A DNA stretch of 64,000 bases. It comes from a virus. The DNA is taken from IMG/VR virus record IMGVR_UViG_3300047310_000412, positions 1 through 64,000 of that record; one strand, written 5' to 3'. The translations under genes and the position numbers were made by a program. The notes under the pieces are model-generated. The model was not told the DNA's origin. It did no database searches and saw only the letters and a list, made by a program, of their open reading frames with translations. Positions 29,419 through 38,781 of this stretch are shown one piece after another (the stretch's first letter is position 1; every line of letters starts with the position of its first letter).

Positions 29419-30429
29419 ATGCTAGAAACCAACGGCTATAACCTCAGTAGCCAACAACGCGCCGTCATCGATTACATGCGTAGCGTCTACCAGATCGATG
29501 ACATCAAAGTGCGGGCGGGAGGCAAGCATCTGCACGTCGAATATGTCTACGCGGGGCGCAGGCACAAAGATACGTTCCCGCGAGGCAGAGGCCTCGATCC
29601 CAACTGGGTCGATACCAGAAAGCACGATCTGCGCAAGGAGCTTGGCTCACCACCGGCCGATCCGCCGCAACCAACCAAGAGGAAACTCGATGATATGACA
29701 CAGGAAGTCCAAGCAAGGGCCGATCTGCTAGGCAGCACCGCTGCCGGTGCGGTGATCCATCCCAAGGCAAAGGCGACGATCGCCACCGGTAAGACCGCAA
29801 CCGCGCCGCCCCCGGTGCCGCACCAGCATTACGGCTGCACCATCGGGACACTCAAGAACTCGACCAACATCGCGTTTTATCTGGGCCTTGAACTATACGC
29901 GGCGATGGAACTGCAATTTGGCAAGGGACGGCGCTACGTCTTCTCGTACCACCATCCCAATACGTGGACCGCCCGCCCGAGCCGTGACGCGGGCCAGATA
30001 ATCGATCCGGCCAATCACCGGCTGCGCTGTGCCGGTGCCGAGGCGATCAAGCGTCTGGGCATGTTCGCCTCAACCAAGGCCGAGGCGATCATCCACCACA
30101 ACCGCGTCGAGTTCCGGATGATGCTGCCGGTCTCTACGACGTTTGAAGCGGAACCGGCAATTGCCATGCCGGCCACGGCAATTGCCACGCCGCCGCGTGC
30201 AGAAGTTGGTGCCCCCGTCGCCCCGATCGCCATCGTGATGAGCGAACCGAGGCCGATCAGGGCAGCGCCACCGCCGCCGCCGGCCGATCCGCGCGAGCGG
30301 CTGCGGCATGTGCTGCGGCTGATCCGGCAGATCGAGGAGGAGGGCGTCTACCGGCTGATCCCCAACGACAGCATAGGCAACAGCAACGGCTGGCGCTGGC
30401 GGGCAACCGATATCGGGCTGGAGGATTAA
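29419..30429 (+). CDS. hypothetical protein
   Basis: GAGGAG RBS, 336 aa. Confidence 0.7.
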   Translation: MLETNGYNLSSQQRAVIDYMRSVYQIDDIKVRAGGKHLHVEYVYAGRRHKDTFPRGRGLDPNWVDTRKHDLRKELGSPPADPPQPTKRKLDDMTQEVQARADLLGSTAAGAVIHPKAKATIATGKTATAPPPVPHQHYGCTIGTLKNSTNIAFYLGLELYAAMELQFGKGRRYVFSYHHPNTWTARPSRDAGQIIDPANHRLRCAGAEAIKRLGMFASTKAEAIIHHNRVEFRMMLPVSTTFEAEPAIAMPATAIATPPRAEVGAPVAPIAIVMSEPRPIRAAPPPPPADPRERLRHVLRLIRQIEEEGVYRLIPNDSIGNSNGWRWRATDIGLED

Positions 30430-30661
30430 AATGAGCGTCATCATCGAGACCTGCCCAAAATGTGGCGCGCAGGGTTTTGCCTTCATCTGTTCAGAACCGG
30501 GATGTCCGGTTAACGGAGGGGCTGCTTATGGGCCAGAGCCGCCACCGGATGAACCAGCCGAGCCGTGCATCATCCCGCCCGGTGAGCCGCTTCGTTTCCG
30601 CGAATAACCCACTGGTAAAGATTTCCCCCTACGGGGGAAATCCGAGCCGGGGAAGAACCCA

Positions 30662-30916
30662 ATGCCGATCGTCTGGGCGCAAGCCCCATCCTCCTACACC
30701 GACAGCACGTCGGGTTACGGCGACATCCTCCGCTACGTCAGCCGCTACGGCCGCCTCGACACCTACGACCTCCTTCTGTCGAACTTCGAAAACGTCAATT
30801 ACACCACCGATCCCGAGCGGCGCGAAGGCTGGCTCGACCGGCACGCTGCCGCTACCAAGCGACGGCAGAAAAAGCGAGTATTTTTCCGCCGCCATCCCTT
30901 GACACATAGGCCATAA
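30662..30916 (+). CDS. hypothetical protein
   Basis: 84-aa ORF with phage-like codon usage. Confidence 0.5.
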   Translation: MPIVWAQAPSSYTDSTSGYGDILRYVSRYGRLDTYDLLLSNFENVNYTTDPERREGWLDRHAAATKRRQKKRVFFRRHPLTHRP

Positions 30917-30926
30917 CTCCCTATAT
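30898..30926 (+). promoter_or_regulatory. RpoD-type promoter
   Basis: CTTGAC-N17-CTATAT. Confidence 0.85.
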
Positions 30927-31058
30927 ATAAAGCGAAGGGAGATTGGTCATGATGATCGCTGGTGCAATGCTTCTGATCGCTGCGGCCCTCTATTTCATGT
31001 CCTGCCTGGAGGCCGGTGAGCCTCACCAATATCAAGCTATCCAAGCGGAGTATTGATC

Positions 31059-31295
31059 ATGAGCAAGAAAGCTATCGCTCTCGAAATTCTCGCGGCGGGC
31101 GGCTATTTCCGGAAGGCTCTGGAAAGCAGCTACTACGGTGGCGAGAAGTTCGCAACGCGGCTCTACCGGCCCGGCCGGATTGCCGTCAAGGGGATTGGCA
31201 TCAAGACGCTTTGGGCGCTTGAGGCCGAGGGCTTGCTGAAAAAGCGGTCCTGCCCGAAAAGCTCCACGTGGGGCGAGGAATGGGAGCTAGCGTAA
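31059..31295 (+). CDS. hypothetical protein
   Basis: GGAG RBS. Confidence 0.65.
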   Translation: MSKKAIALEILAAGGYFRKALESSYYGGEKFATRLYRPGRIAVKGIGIKTLWALEAEGLLKKRSCPKSSTWGEEWELA

Positions 31296-31510
31296 TGGCT
31301 TGGAACCAAAGCTCTGCCTTCCCATCCGAGCGGCTGCGGAAGCGGGACGCCCGGTGGGATGAACGGGGACTGGCCTACTGGCAGCAGAAGCTGACCGAGA
31401 CCGAGGCCAAGTTCATGGCTGCGCGGGCGTCTGCATCCCAGGCAAGACGGGCAATGCAACGGTTTGAAGAGGCGAAATACGCCGTCTGGACGCTTGAACA
31501 ATCACGGTAA
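31295..31510 (+). CDS. hypothetical protein
   Basis: TAATG coupling. Confidence 0.6.
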   Translation: MAWNQSSAFPSERLRKRDARWDERGLAYWQQKLTETEAKFMAARASASQARRAMQRFEEAKYAVWTLEQSR

Positions 31511-31553
31511 AGGCGTTATATGTAAAGCGGACGCGGGAAATCGTTTCCGGTCC
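31493..31553 (+). promoter_or_regulatory. RpoD-type promoter plus conserved leader hairpin
   Basis: CTTGAA-N17-TTATAT, then ggacgcGGGAAAtcgTTTCCGgtcc. Confidence 0.8.
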
Positions 31554-31573
31554 CAAAAGCGGGAGATAAAACC

Positions 31574-32500
31574 GTGGCAGCACCAACCAAATTATATTGG
31601 GCTTATGGCTCAAATCTCAACATGCAGCAGATGATCCGGCGGTGTCCGGCGGCGGTGCCGCTTGAGGCGCTGGTCGTGCAAAATCTCATCCTGCGGTTCC
31701 GGGGCGTCGCTGATGTCGCGTATCGGACGGGAGCCTATTGCGAAGGCGCGCTCTGGGCGATCACGCAGGAATGCGAGAAGGAACTCGATATCTATGAGGG
31801 CGTCGGCAACGGCAATTACGGTCTGTATCGGAAATGTTACTTCGACTACACCGATCCCGACAGCGGGATGGCGCACAAGGTTCTCTATTACAAGATGAAC
31901 CGGCACGGCATCATGCCGCCGAGCGAGGGCTATCTCGACTGCATTGTCGAGGGCTACGCCGATTTCGGCATCGATACCGGCCGGCTGCTGCGGGCGCTGG
32001 AACATTCCTGGCGGAAGAAGGATTTGAGCGGCTTTATGTCCCAGCGGTGGCATAAGGCGGGCAAGCCCAAGATGGCGCGGCCCGAGCGGATCGCCACGAT
32101 CTACGGTGAAGCCGACGAAGCCGACGAGGAGGACAACGGCAACATCGCCGCGCTCCGGACCGAACTCGCGCCCGAGGAACTGCCCGATTTGCCGCCGCCG
32201 GCCAAGCAGAAGATCAAGCGGCAACCGGTGAAGCTCAACGGCCGGGAAATCGGCGTGATCAAGCGGCGGGTCTCGGATGAGCCGCTGCCGGATGTCTGCT
32301 TGCGGATCGATCCGGACAATGGCAACCACTGTCGGGCGGTCACGCTCAGCGAGAAGGCCGAGGATTACTTCGCCGACAACATCAAGGCGGCGAAGCTCGC
32401 CAGCGAGTGGCTCTTCCGGTTCTCGACGCACGTGGTCGCCGGCCTCCTGCAAAAGAAGGGGCTGACCGTCGCCATCCTTGAAAAGCTGAAAAAGTCATGA
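31574..32500 (+). CDS. gamma-glutamylcyclotransferase (AIG2-like) with C-terminal extension
   Basis: YWAYGSNL, FRGVAD, LDIYEG, PSxxY. Confidence 0.85.
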   Translation: MAAPTKLYWAYGSNLNMQQMIRRCPAAVPLEALVVQNLILRFRGVADVAYRTGAYCEGALWAITQECEKELDIYEGVGNGNYGLYRKCYFDYTDPDSGMAHKVLYYKMNRHGIMPPSEGYLDCIVEGYADFGIDTGRLLRALEHSWRKKDLSGFMSQRWHKAGKPKMARPERIATIYGEADEADEEDNGNIAALRTELAPEELPDLPPPAKQKIKRQPVKLNGREIGVIKRRVSDEPLPDVCLRIDPDNGNHCRAVTLSEKAEDYFADNIKAAKLASEWLFRFSTHVVAGLLQKKGLTVAILEKLKKS

Positions 32501-32814
32501 GATGCCAGACGTGCCAGGGCGACGGTAAACGCCTTAACCCGGGATTGATGGTCACCGTTTACGACGACGATCGTATCGATGTCCACAATCCCTGCTTTCT
32601 GCCGGTGATGGTCGAATGCCCCGAATGCCGGGGCAGCGGCGAAGCCAATGGCGTGGTGCCGTCACAGCGGATGAAGCTGACGATCGAGGATGTCGATGGC
32701 ATGATCAGCGAAATCTGGCAGTACCAGCCGCTACTCAACGCCAAGCGCCGCGCCTTGCTCAACCGGCTCTACCGTGTGCGCCATAATCTCGAAATCATGC
32801 GGGGGGCGACATGA
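32497..32814 (+). CDS. hypothetical Zn-finger protein (CxxCxGxG x2)
   Basis: CQTCQGDG and CPECRGSG. Confidence 0.65.
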   Translation: MRCQTCQGDGKRLNPGLMVTVYDDDRIDVHNPCFLPVMVECPECRGSGEANGVVPSQRMKLTIEDVDGMISEIWQYQPLLNAKRRALLNRLYRVRHNLEIMRGAT

Positions 32815-33128
32815 CCGATAGCATCGAGGACCAGCACCGCATTGCCCGCGAGCTATGGAACCGACAGCAGTCGCGCGCCGCCACCGGCAACCGCAGCGGT
32901 GAACCCGAATTGCTGGCCGAGGCGCGCGAGGCGCTGGGCTACACCACGCAAGGGCTGGCCAATTTCCTGGCTTATCGCGGGGACCACTGGCTGCGCCGCT
33001 GCGAGAAGGACGAAGCCGACATCCCGACGCTCTTGTGGCTGGTGCTCTTCTACATGCTGCGCGAAGCCGACAAGCGTGAGTTAATGGATCGCGTTCACAA
33101 CATCATTATTCAACGGAGGCCCGGTTGA
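32811..33128 (+). CDS. putative HTH DNA-binding protein
   Basis: AREALGYTTQGLANFL, Cro/XRE-like. Confidence 0.55.
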   Translation: MTDSIEDQHRIARELWNRQQSRAATGNRSGEPELLAEAREALGYTTQGLANFLAYRGDHWLRRCEKDEADIPTLLWLVLFYMLREADKRELMDRVHNIIIQRRPG

Positions 33129-33218
33129 TTGTCGAAATAGTCGTCGCGGCGTGGATCGGGATTAACGTACTCGGTCTCGCCGCTGGTCTGATCGTCTACT
33201 TTCAGCGGAGGCGGACTG

Positions 33219-34160
33219 ATGGCAATCCTCTGGAGACAACTCTTCGACGCAATCAACATCCGCTGGATCGATCGCGGGCATAATATCGGCAAAGACCACG
33301 TCAATATCCGCTGCCCGTGGTGCGGTCCCAGCGATCCCTCATATCATCTCGGGATCAATGAAGCGGACGGGGCCTACTACTGTCTGCGCTCGCATCCCCC
33401 GCATCACGGGCGATCACCGTACCGGCTCCTGGGCGAAGGCCTCAAGATCGAGCCGTACCGGATCGATGCGCTGCTGCGCAGCTATTCCGACGACAGTCCG
33501 CCGGTCCGCACCGTCCCCTACCACGACACCACCGAGTGGGACCGCTTCAAGAGCGTCACCGAGTATCCGATCGCGGTGAATTATCTGGTAGAGCGCGGTA
33601 TCGATCCACCGCGACTGATCGCCCAGCGCTACGACTTGCGCTACGGCGGCAATACCGGCCGGCATGCTTGGCGGATATTGCTGCCACTGCATCTGAGCGG
33701 TGCGCTGATCGGCTGGACCGGGCGGGCGATCCGCGATCAGACGCCGCGCTATCAAGCCAATGATCCCACCGGTTCAGCCTCGCTCTACATCCCGGCCTTC
33801 CCGACCGAAGCGACGCGCGTGATCGTCATTGTCGAAGGGCCGTTCGACGCCATCGCGATCACCGACGCCTTTTACTCGACGCACGAAATCATCGCGATTG
33901 CAATTGAAGGCCTCGCCGTCAATACGCGCCGTCGCCTTCATCTTGCTGATATTATTGGCCTCGTAAAGAACCCGCGTCTATTGCTGACGCTCGATGCTGA
34001 CCAAGATCGGAATACCGTGGAAAACTTCAAGGAACTGCTTGTATTAGGCACCAGTATTCCTCATCCTGAGAGTTTCCCGCTGCCCCCCGGCTTTAAGGAT
34101 GCCGGGGAGATGTCACGTGGCGAAATCCGAGCTTGGTTTAAGCAACTGCCAAATCAGTGA
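33219..34160 (+). CDS. DNA primase (Zn-binding domain plus TOPRIM)
   Basis: CPWC...H...C, GWTGR, IVEGPFD, LDAD, KDAGE. Confidence 0.9.
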   Translation: MAILWRQLFDAINIRWIDRGHNIGKDHVNIRCPWCGPSDPSYHLGINEADGAYYCLRSHPPHHGRSPYRLLGEGLKIEPYRIDALLRSYSDDSPPVRTVPYHDTTEWDRFKSVTEYPIAVNYLVERGIDPPRLIAQRYDLRYGGNTGRHAWRILLPLHLSGALIGWTGRAIRDQTPRYQANDPTGSASLYIPAFPTEATRVIVIVEGPFDAIAITDAFYSTHEIIAIAIEGLAVNTRRRLHLADIIGLVKNPRLLLTLDADQDRNTVENFKELLVLGTSIPHPESFPLPPGFKDAGEMSRGEIRAWFKQLPNQ

Positions 34161-34167
34161 GGGGACG

Positions 34168-34695
34168 ATGGCGGTAAACGGTTTTACACCGGAATGGCAA
34201 GGCGTCTTCGAAAACTGGACCAAGGCGTATTTTAAGGTCCACCACTGGAAAATCCGCTGCGAGATGGATTTCAAGGATGCCGTGCAGGAGGGGGCGCGGA
34301 TTTTCTCTTGGTGCCTGCGCAAGACCACGGCGCAGGGGGGCCGGATCGACAATGAGAAATGGTTCATGCGCTACTACCAGCGTGCGGTGTCCACGTGGTT
34401 GATCGACAAGGCGGCAAAGGCTACCGCCCAACGTGATACTCTCCTGGCTCTGGTCCAACAGCAGCCAGTTAGCACTACCGATCAAAACGGGCCGCTTTTC
34501 ACCGCACTCAAACACGATACGTCCAGCGAATTACAGCACGTGCTGCGCGTCATCACCGGAACACCGAGCGAGTTCTTCCTTGGCATGTTGTTAAGCTCCG
34601 GTCCGGACAATGTCTGGTCGCGGCGGATATGTCGGCTGTGCGGCATTCCGGTCAACGAGAATATCATCGGCGAACTGCGCAAGCTACTAGAGTAG
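34168..34695 (+). CDS. putative phage sigma-factor-like protein (region 2 only)
   Basis: DFKDAVQEGARIF...WFMRYYQRAVSTWLID resembles sigma-70 region 2 (DLxQEG...F..Y.....lD). Confidence 0.5.
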   Translation: MAVNGFTPEWQGVFENWTKAYFKVHHWKIRCEMDFKDAVQEGARIFSWCLRKTTAQGGRIDNEKWFMRYYQRAVSTWLIDKAAKATAQRDTLLALVQQQPVSTTDQNGPLFTALKHDTSSELQHVLRVITGTPSEFFLGMLLSSGPDNVWSRRICRLCGIPVNENIIGELRKLLE

Positions 34696-34701
34696 ATCGA
34701 C

Positions 34702-34730
34702 CTTGCCAGTCGATACTCCAATAATTATAT
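34702..34730 (+). promoter_or_regulatory. RpoD-type promoter
   Basis: CTTGCC-N17-TTATAT. Confidence 0.6.
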
Positions 34731-34755
34731 TAATCCCCCAATGGAAGGAGCAATC

Positions 34756-35328
34756 ATGCCGGAAACGACAGATACTACCGCCGAGACCGAGGCTGAACAC
34801 ACGATCAACAGCGAAATGCTCGCCGCGATCAAACAGTTCAAGCCGAGCTTCCGGGCGCAAGGCGTAAACGAGGAAGACGAAAAGTACATCACGCGCTTCC
34901 TGCAAGCCGTCGCCGACGTGCCGGATGAACTCTATAATGCGCTCTCGCCCGAGGCCCTGGATTATTTCGCCGAGGCCGCGAAAATCTCCAATGCCCAAGG
35001 CACACCGTCACCGCCAGAAGGCTTTGTCTCGAATTACAAGCCAAAGCCCGCCAAGGAGGCCAAGAAGAAGCTGATCACGCGCGAAAGGCCGCAGAAGCCG
35101 GTCAAGACCGTGGGACCGACAATGGGGACGCTGATCCGCCGGGCAATCATCGACAACCGCAATATCTCCGTTCAAGACCTGGAGACCATGCTAGCGGCGA
35201 ACGGCTTTACCGACATCAAGCGCTCGACCGTCTTCTCGTTCCAGCGCGGCTCGCTGGACACGCTGAAGGTAGCCGAGGCGATGGGCCGCTTTACGTGGCC
35301 AGCGGGGCAAGCTGCTGCTGCGGATTAA
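34756..35328 (+). CDS. hypothetical protein
   Basis: AAGGAG RBS. Confidence 0.75.
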   Translation: MPETTDTTAETEAEHTINSEMLAAIKQFKPSFRAQGVNEEDEKYITRFLQAVADVPDELYNALSPEALDYFAEAAKISNAQGTPSPPEGFVSNYKPKPAKEAKKKLITRERPQKPVKTVGPTMGTLIRRAIIDNRNISVQDLETMLAANGFTDIKRSTVFSFQRGSLDTLKVAEAMGRFTWPAGQAAAAD

Positions 35329-35358
35329 GGAGACTAAACCTAACCGGTTTAGTTACCG

Positions 35359-35386
35359 AGGCCCCCGTAAAAAGCGGGGGCCTTTT
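35359..35386 (+). terminator. rho-independent terminator
   Basis: AGGCCCCCG...CGGGGGCCT followed by TTT. Confidence 0.75.
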
Positions 35387-35409
35387 CGTTGGGGTATAAG
35401 AGAGGCAGC

Positions 35410-36369
35410 ATGGCACAGGATCGGGAAAAAAGCATGGATGACGCAGCCCCGCAAATGGTCACGCAAGAGCGCGCCGGGCCGATCGACAAATCGGTGCTGC
35501 TCTTCTCGGGAGGTATGGACAGCCTCTGCTACGCCCGTCTGCTCAAGCCGGATTTGCTGCTCTACATCCCGACCGGCGCGCGCTACGAGGATACCGAAAG
35601 CTGGTGGGTCAGCCAGTTGCTGTTCCAGCACATGCTGCCAGACGCGTGTGAGTTCCTAACACTGGGCGGGGTGCTCGATCTGGGGCGCTACGAGCGCGAC
35701 GATCTGATCGTCCCCAACCGCAACGCCCATCTCTTGATGCTGGCCTCGCATTACGGCGATCGGCTCTATCTCTCATCGGTCGAAGGCGACCGCTCAACCG
35801 ACAAGGACGAGCAGTTCTACGCGCTGATGACCGTGCTGCTCGACCACATGTGGCAAAAGCAGCACTGGACCGATCGCCGCTGCTTCAAGATCGAAGCCCC
35901 GTTCAAGGAGTTCACCAAGCGGCAACTCGTCGCCATGTACTTAGAGAACGGCGGCGATCCGGATGGCTTCCGCGTCAGCTATTCCTGCTATCGCGGCGAG
36001 CGCAAGCACTGCGGCACGTGCAAGCCGTGCTTCCGCAAGCGCGTCGCGCTCGAACTCAACAACATCATGCTCAAGGATTACTGGGAGAAGGATTTCTGGC
36101 ACTGCCGCTGGTACACCGATCTGCTGCCGATGATCCAGACTGGCCAGTATCGCGGGACCGAGGACGCAGATGTCATGGCATTTGCCAACCGTATCCGATG
36201 TCCGAGCCATCCGACAGCGAGCTTGTTGCCCGGCAATATTCGATCCTCCGCGAACTCGATGAGCACAAGCAAAGCAAGGCCGCACTCGAAACCGAAATGC
36301 AGCAGATCGCAACCGAGCTACAACGCCGGCTCGATGCCGAGCGCGAAGCCTACTGGGTCGAAATCATGA
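35410..36369 (+). CDS. queC: 7-cyano-7-deazaguanine synthase
   Basis: PP-loop LFSGGMDS, VPNRN, APF..TK, SYSCY...HCGTCKPC. Confidence 0.9.
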   Translation: MAQDREKSMDDAAPQMVTQERAGPIDKSVLLFSGGMDSLCYARLLKPDLLLYIPTGARYEDTESWWVSQLLFQHMLPDACEFLTLGGVLDLGRYERDDLIVPNRNAHLLMLASHYGDRLYLSSVEGDRSTDKDEQFYALMTVLLDHMWQKQHWTDRRCFKIEAPFKEFTKRQLVAMYLENGGDPDGFRVSYSCYRGERKHCGTCKPCFRKRVALELNNIMLKDYWEKDFWHCRWYTDLLPMIQTGQYRGTEDADVMAFANRIRCPSHPTASLLPGNIRSSANSMSTSKARPHSKPKCSRSQPSYNAGSMPSAKPTGSKS

Positions 36370-36953
36370 CCAGCAACGAAGCCGCCGATCGCTTTGTCCG
36401 AAAATATAATGGCGGAAAATTCGTCCCCTGGACCCGGCAAGCAAATTACAAAAAAGGAGTATATGGCCATATCATCTATTGGCCGCCTGACACCCCCAAT
36501 TGGGTTTGTCACGACGAGCGTCAGCCAATGATAATGCGCGCCTGCTGTGGTGCGATTATCAACCAAACCGGCTCACGGCATTTTCACGATGTCTTGGTTC
36601 GCTATCTACGGCGTCGCCGCTATAACGAAACTGATCCCCACGAGATAAGACAATTTATTAAAGTTTTGCTGGACAGGCTCGTCAATAACTGGGCGGTCAA
36701 GCGAGGACATGCGTGGTTCTCGCAAGCACGGTCGCATCATTTGCACCGGATTGCACTCGAACTCGCTGATCCGGATTATGCATTTTACCGAGGAACACGC
36801 CGCTGGCGTGACGACACCAAAACGGTCGTTGTCGAAAAGATCGTTGAAAAACAGGTCTTTGTTGTACAGCGGCGTAAGCTCAGCCAGCGTAGCGATCGGA
36901 TCATCGCCGACGCCGTCCGAGGACTTGGGTTAATCAAGGAGCAGAAGAAATGA
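36198..36953 (+). CDS. hypothetical protein
   Basis: MSEPSDSELV...; overlaps the queC tail. Confidence 0.6.
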   Translation: MSEPSDSELVARQYSILRELDEHKQSKAALETEMQQIATELQRRLDAEREAYWVEIMTSNEAADRFVRKYNGGKFVPWTRQANYKKGVYGHIIYWPPDTPNWVCHDERQPMIMRACCGAIINQTGSRHFHDVLVRYLRRRRYNETDPHEIRQFIKVLLDRLVNNWAVKRGHAWFSQARSHHLHRIALELADPDYAFYRGTRRWRDDTKTVVVEKIVEKQVFVVQRRKLSQRSDRIIADAVRGLGLIKEQKK

Positions 36954-37447
36954 GCAGGATCGAACTGACGCTGGCCCTTACCGAACTAATCCAGAGCTTG
37001 CCGCGTCGTACTCGGCGCGTGCGTGAAGAACGCTGGCGCAATCTCGTTACCAGCAATCCGCTATTGGCTGAAGCCGCCGCCGACTTTTTCTTCTCGCTCT
37101 ATTATCGGAATGTTCTCGCGACACTGTCAGCAGGCCCGGAAACCGAGCGGCAGCGCCGCTCACGGGCCGCTGTTTTGGTGCAGATCGAAGCCGATTGGGC
37201 GGCAGAAGTCGCTGCTACTCAAGCGGAAATCGTCAATAATCTGCTGGAATTTTTAACGCCGCTGGGCAAGCCGTTAGGCGATTGCACGGGAGCGGAATGC
37301 CTCCACATGGAAGGATTTTTTGGCCGTGTCGGCAGATCGATCCCTGCCAATGGCCGTGTGCGCGAATACCTCAACAACAACGAATTGCGCGACATGATAC
37401 GACAGCAAATGCCGAGCAACCAAAACGAGCAGAGAACCAACGTTTGA
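36950..37447 (+). CDS. hypothetical protein
   Basis: Coupled; TPLGKPLGDCT motif. Confidence 0.65.
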   Translation: MSRIELTLALTELIQSLPRRTRRVREERWRNLVTSNPLLAEAAADFFFSLYYRNVLATLSAGPETERQRRSRAAVLVQIEADWAAEVAATQAEIVNNLLEFLTPLGKPLGDCTGAECLHMEGFFGRVGRSIPANGRVREYLNNNELRDMIRQQMPSNQNEQRTNV

Positions 37448-37457
37448 GGAGGAAGTC

Positions 37458-37817
37458 ATGTTTTGGAAGAAGTTTCGCGAGGAACAGGAACGCCGCCGCC
37501 GCGAAGAGCAGGATCGCCGTCGTCGCGAGGAGCAATACCGCCAGGATGCAGCCGCTCGCCGCAGTCAGGAGGATACGGCCTTGATGACCAATGCCGTGAC
37601 GATTGCCACGCTGGCAGCGCAACAGGATACACCGACGCAGTCCGCCAAGCCGACGCCGGATACGCATACGCCAACCGGCACCACGCACCACCACACCGCG
37701 ACGCACCATGCCGATACCACCACGCATCACGCCGATAGCGGCGTCACGCACCACCACGTCGATACGACGCCTTCAATGCCCGACAGCGGGAGCGGCGGCA
37801 GTTTCACCGGTTGCTAA
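37458..37817 (+). CDS. low-complexity His/Thr-rich protein
   Basis: GAGGAGG RBS; REEQxRRR repeats, THHH repeats. Confidence 0.6.
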   Translation: MFWKKFREEQERRRREEQDRRRREEQYRQDAAARRSQEDTALMTNAVTIATLAAQQDTPTQSAKPTPDTHTPTGTTHHHTATHHADTTTHHADSGVTHHHVDTTPSMPDSGSGGSFTGC

Positions 37818-37830
37818 AGAGGCTACGCGA

Positions 37831-37998
37831 TTGAACCCGAACCAGCGCGCCGCCTTTATCCTGACCGTGCTGGGCTTCCTACCGGTCGCCGTCCACGGTC
37901 CTGGCGTGGTCCATCACAGCATGGCGCATTACATACTGCTGGCGAGCTTCCTCATCGGCATGCTCGCCTTTGGCTGGATGATCAGCATCTGGAAATAA
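37831..37998 (+). CDS. small two-TM membrane protein
   Basis: GAGG RBS with TTG start; two hydrophobic segments. Confidence 0.5.
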   Translation: MNPNQRAAFILTVLGFLPVAVHGPGVVHHSMAHYILLASFLIGMLAFGWMISIWK

Positions 37999-38254
37999 AC
38001 CCGGACCGCCGGCCTGCTACCGCGCCCGGTCTGTGAGCTTAATTAGGCAGGCACTCCCTCACAGCATTGGCGCATGCCGGTGATCCGCGTCGCTCGATGT
38101 CCCTGGTCCCATCGCAGGGCACCTCACAAACGCAAACGGCCGACAAACTAGCGGTCTCAGCGCTGAAGCCGCAGCACTCATCGAGAGCAAGGGTGACCGG
38201 TTCTGGCCATGGGTCGCAGCCGCTCCGGTAGGCGATCCCTCGATTGCGCCAATC
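37996..38254 (-). ncRNA. candidate ~260-nt structured ncRNA
   Basis: GGGTATAG immediately upstream; closing helix ATTGGCGCA/TGCGCCAAT; two loop-loop pairings; terminal hairpin followed by U-run. Confidence 0.55.
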
Positions 38255-38302
38255 ACTAGACTATACCCTGCCAAAATAAATACTCCAAAAGCCGATTACG
38301 GC

Positions 38303-38331
38303 CTTGCAATATGAGGTAGTATTCCCCATAT
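38303..38331 (+). promoter_or_regulatory. RpoD-type promoter
   Basis: CTTGCA-N17-CCATAT. Confidence 0.7.
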
Positions 38332-38439
38332 GTATAGTGCGGCGGATGGCCGTGTGGGAGAAAGGGAAAAGAGGAAAGCCGGAAGATCGCGGAGGCCGCC
38401 TGGAGGCTGGCCTCCGATCCTGTAACCGAGGAGAGGATA

Positions 38440-38748
38440 ATGGCAAAATATCGCATTTACTACATGCGCCCCGAATGGTTCCGCAACGGCATCTGCAACC
38501 AGAAGCCAGTGATCGCCGAACTCGAGAAGACGCACGTCTTTCTGTGCGAGACCGAGGCCCGCGATCTGGACCACGTCTTTTACAACATGCAAGGCGAGAT
38601 TTGGTCGCCCAACGGCGAAGCCCGCGAACTGATCCAGAGCAAGGGCTTGCGGCACACCAGCATGTCGGTAGGCGACGTAATCGAACTCGACGGAAGCTAC
38701 TGGCTGGTATCGAGTTCCGGATTTGAGGACTTGACATATGCAGCTTAA
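38440..38748 (+). CDS. YodL-like domain protein
   Basis: LDHVF...HTSMSVGDVI...GF motif. Confidence 0.6.
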   Translation: MAKYRIYYMRPEWFRNGICNQKPVIAELEKTHVFLCETEARDLDHVFYNMQGEIWSPNGEARELIQSKGLRHTSMSVGDVIELDGSYWLVSSSGFEDLTYAA

Positions 38749-38758
38749 AGCCCTATAT
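38730..38758 (+). promoter_or_regulatory. RpoD-type promoter
   Basis: CTTGAC-N17-CTATAT. Confidence 0.85.
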
Positions 38759-38781
38759 GTAATGAAGAAAGGAGACCGACC

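Noticed and set aside
27634-32500. Amidoligase plus GGCT as part of the deazaguanine pathway
   Set aside because: This pair is common in phages without que genes, and nothing in the sequence links it to DpdA.
38066-38253. 6S RNA identity for the ~190-nt end-paired domain
   Set aside because: The internal pairing is multibranched rather than a rod with a central bubble, so it cannot be assigned.
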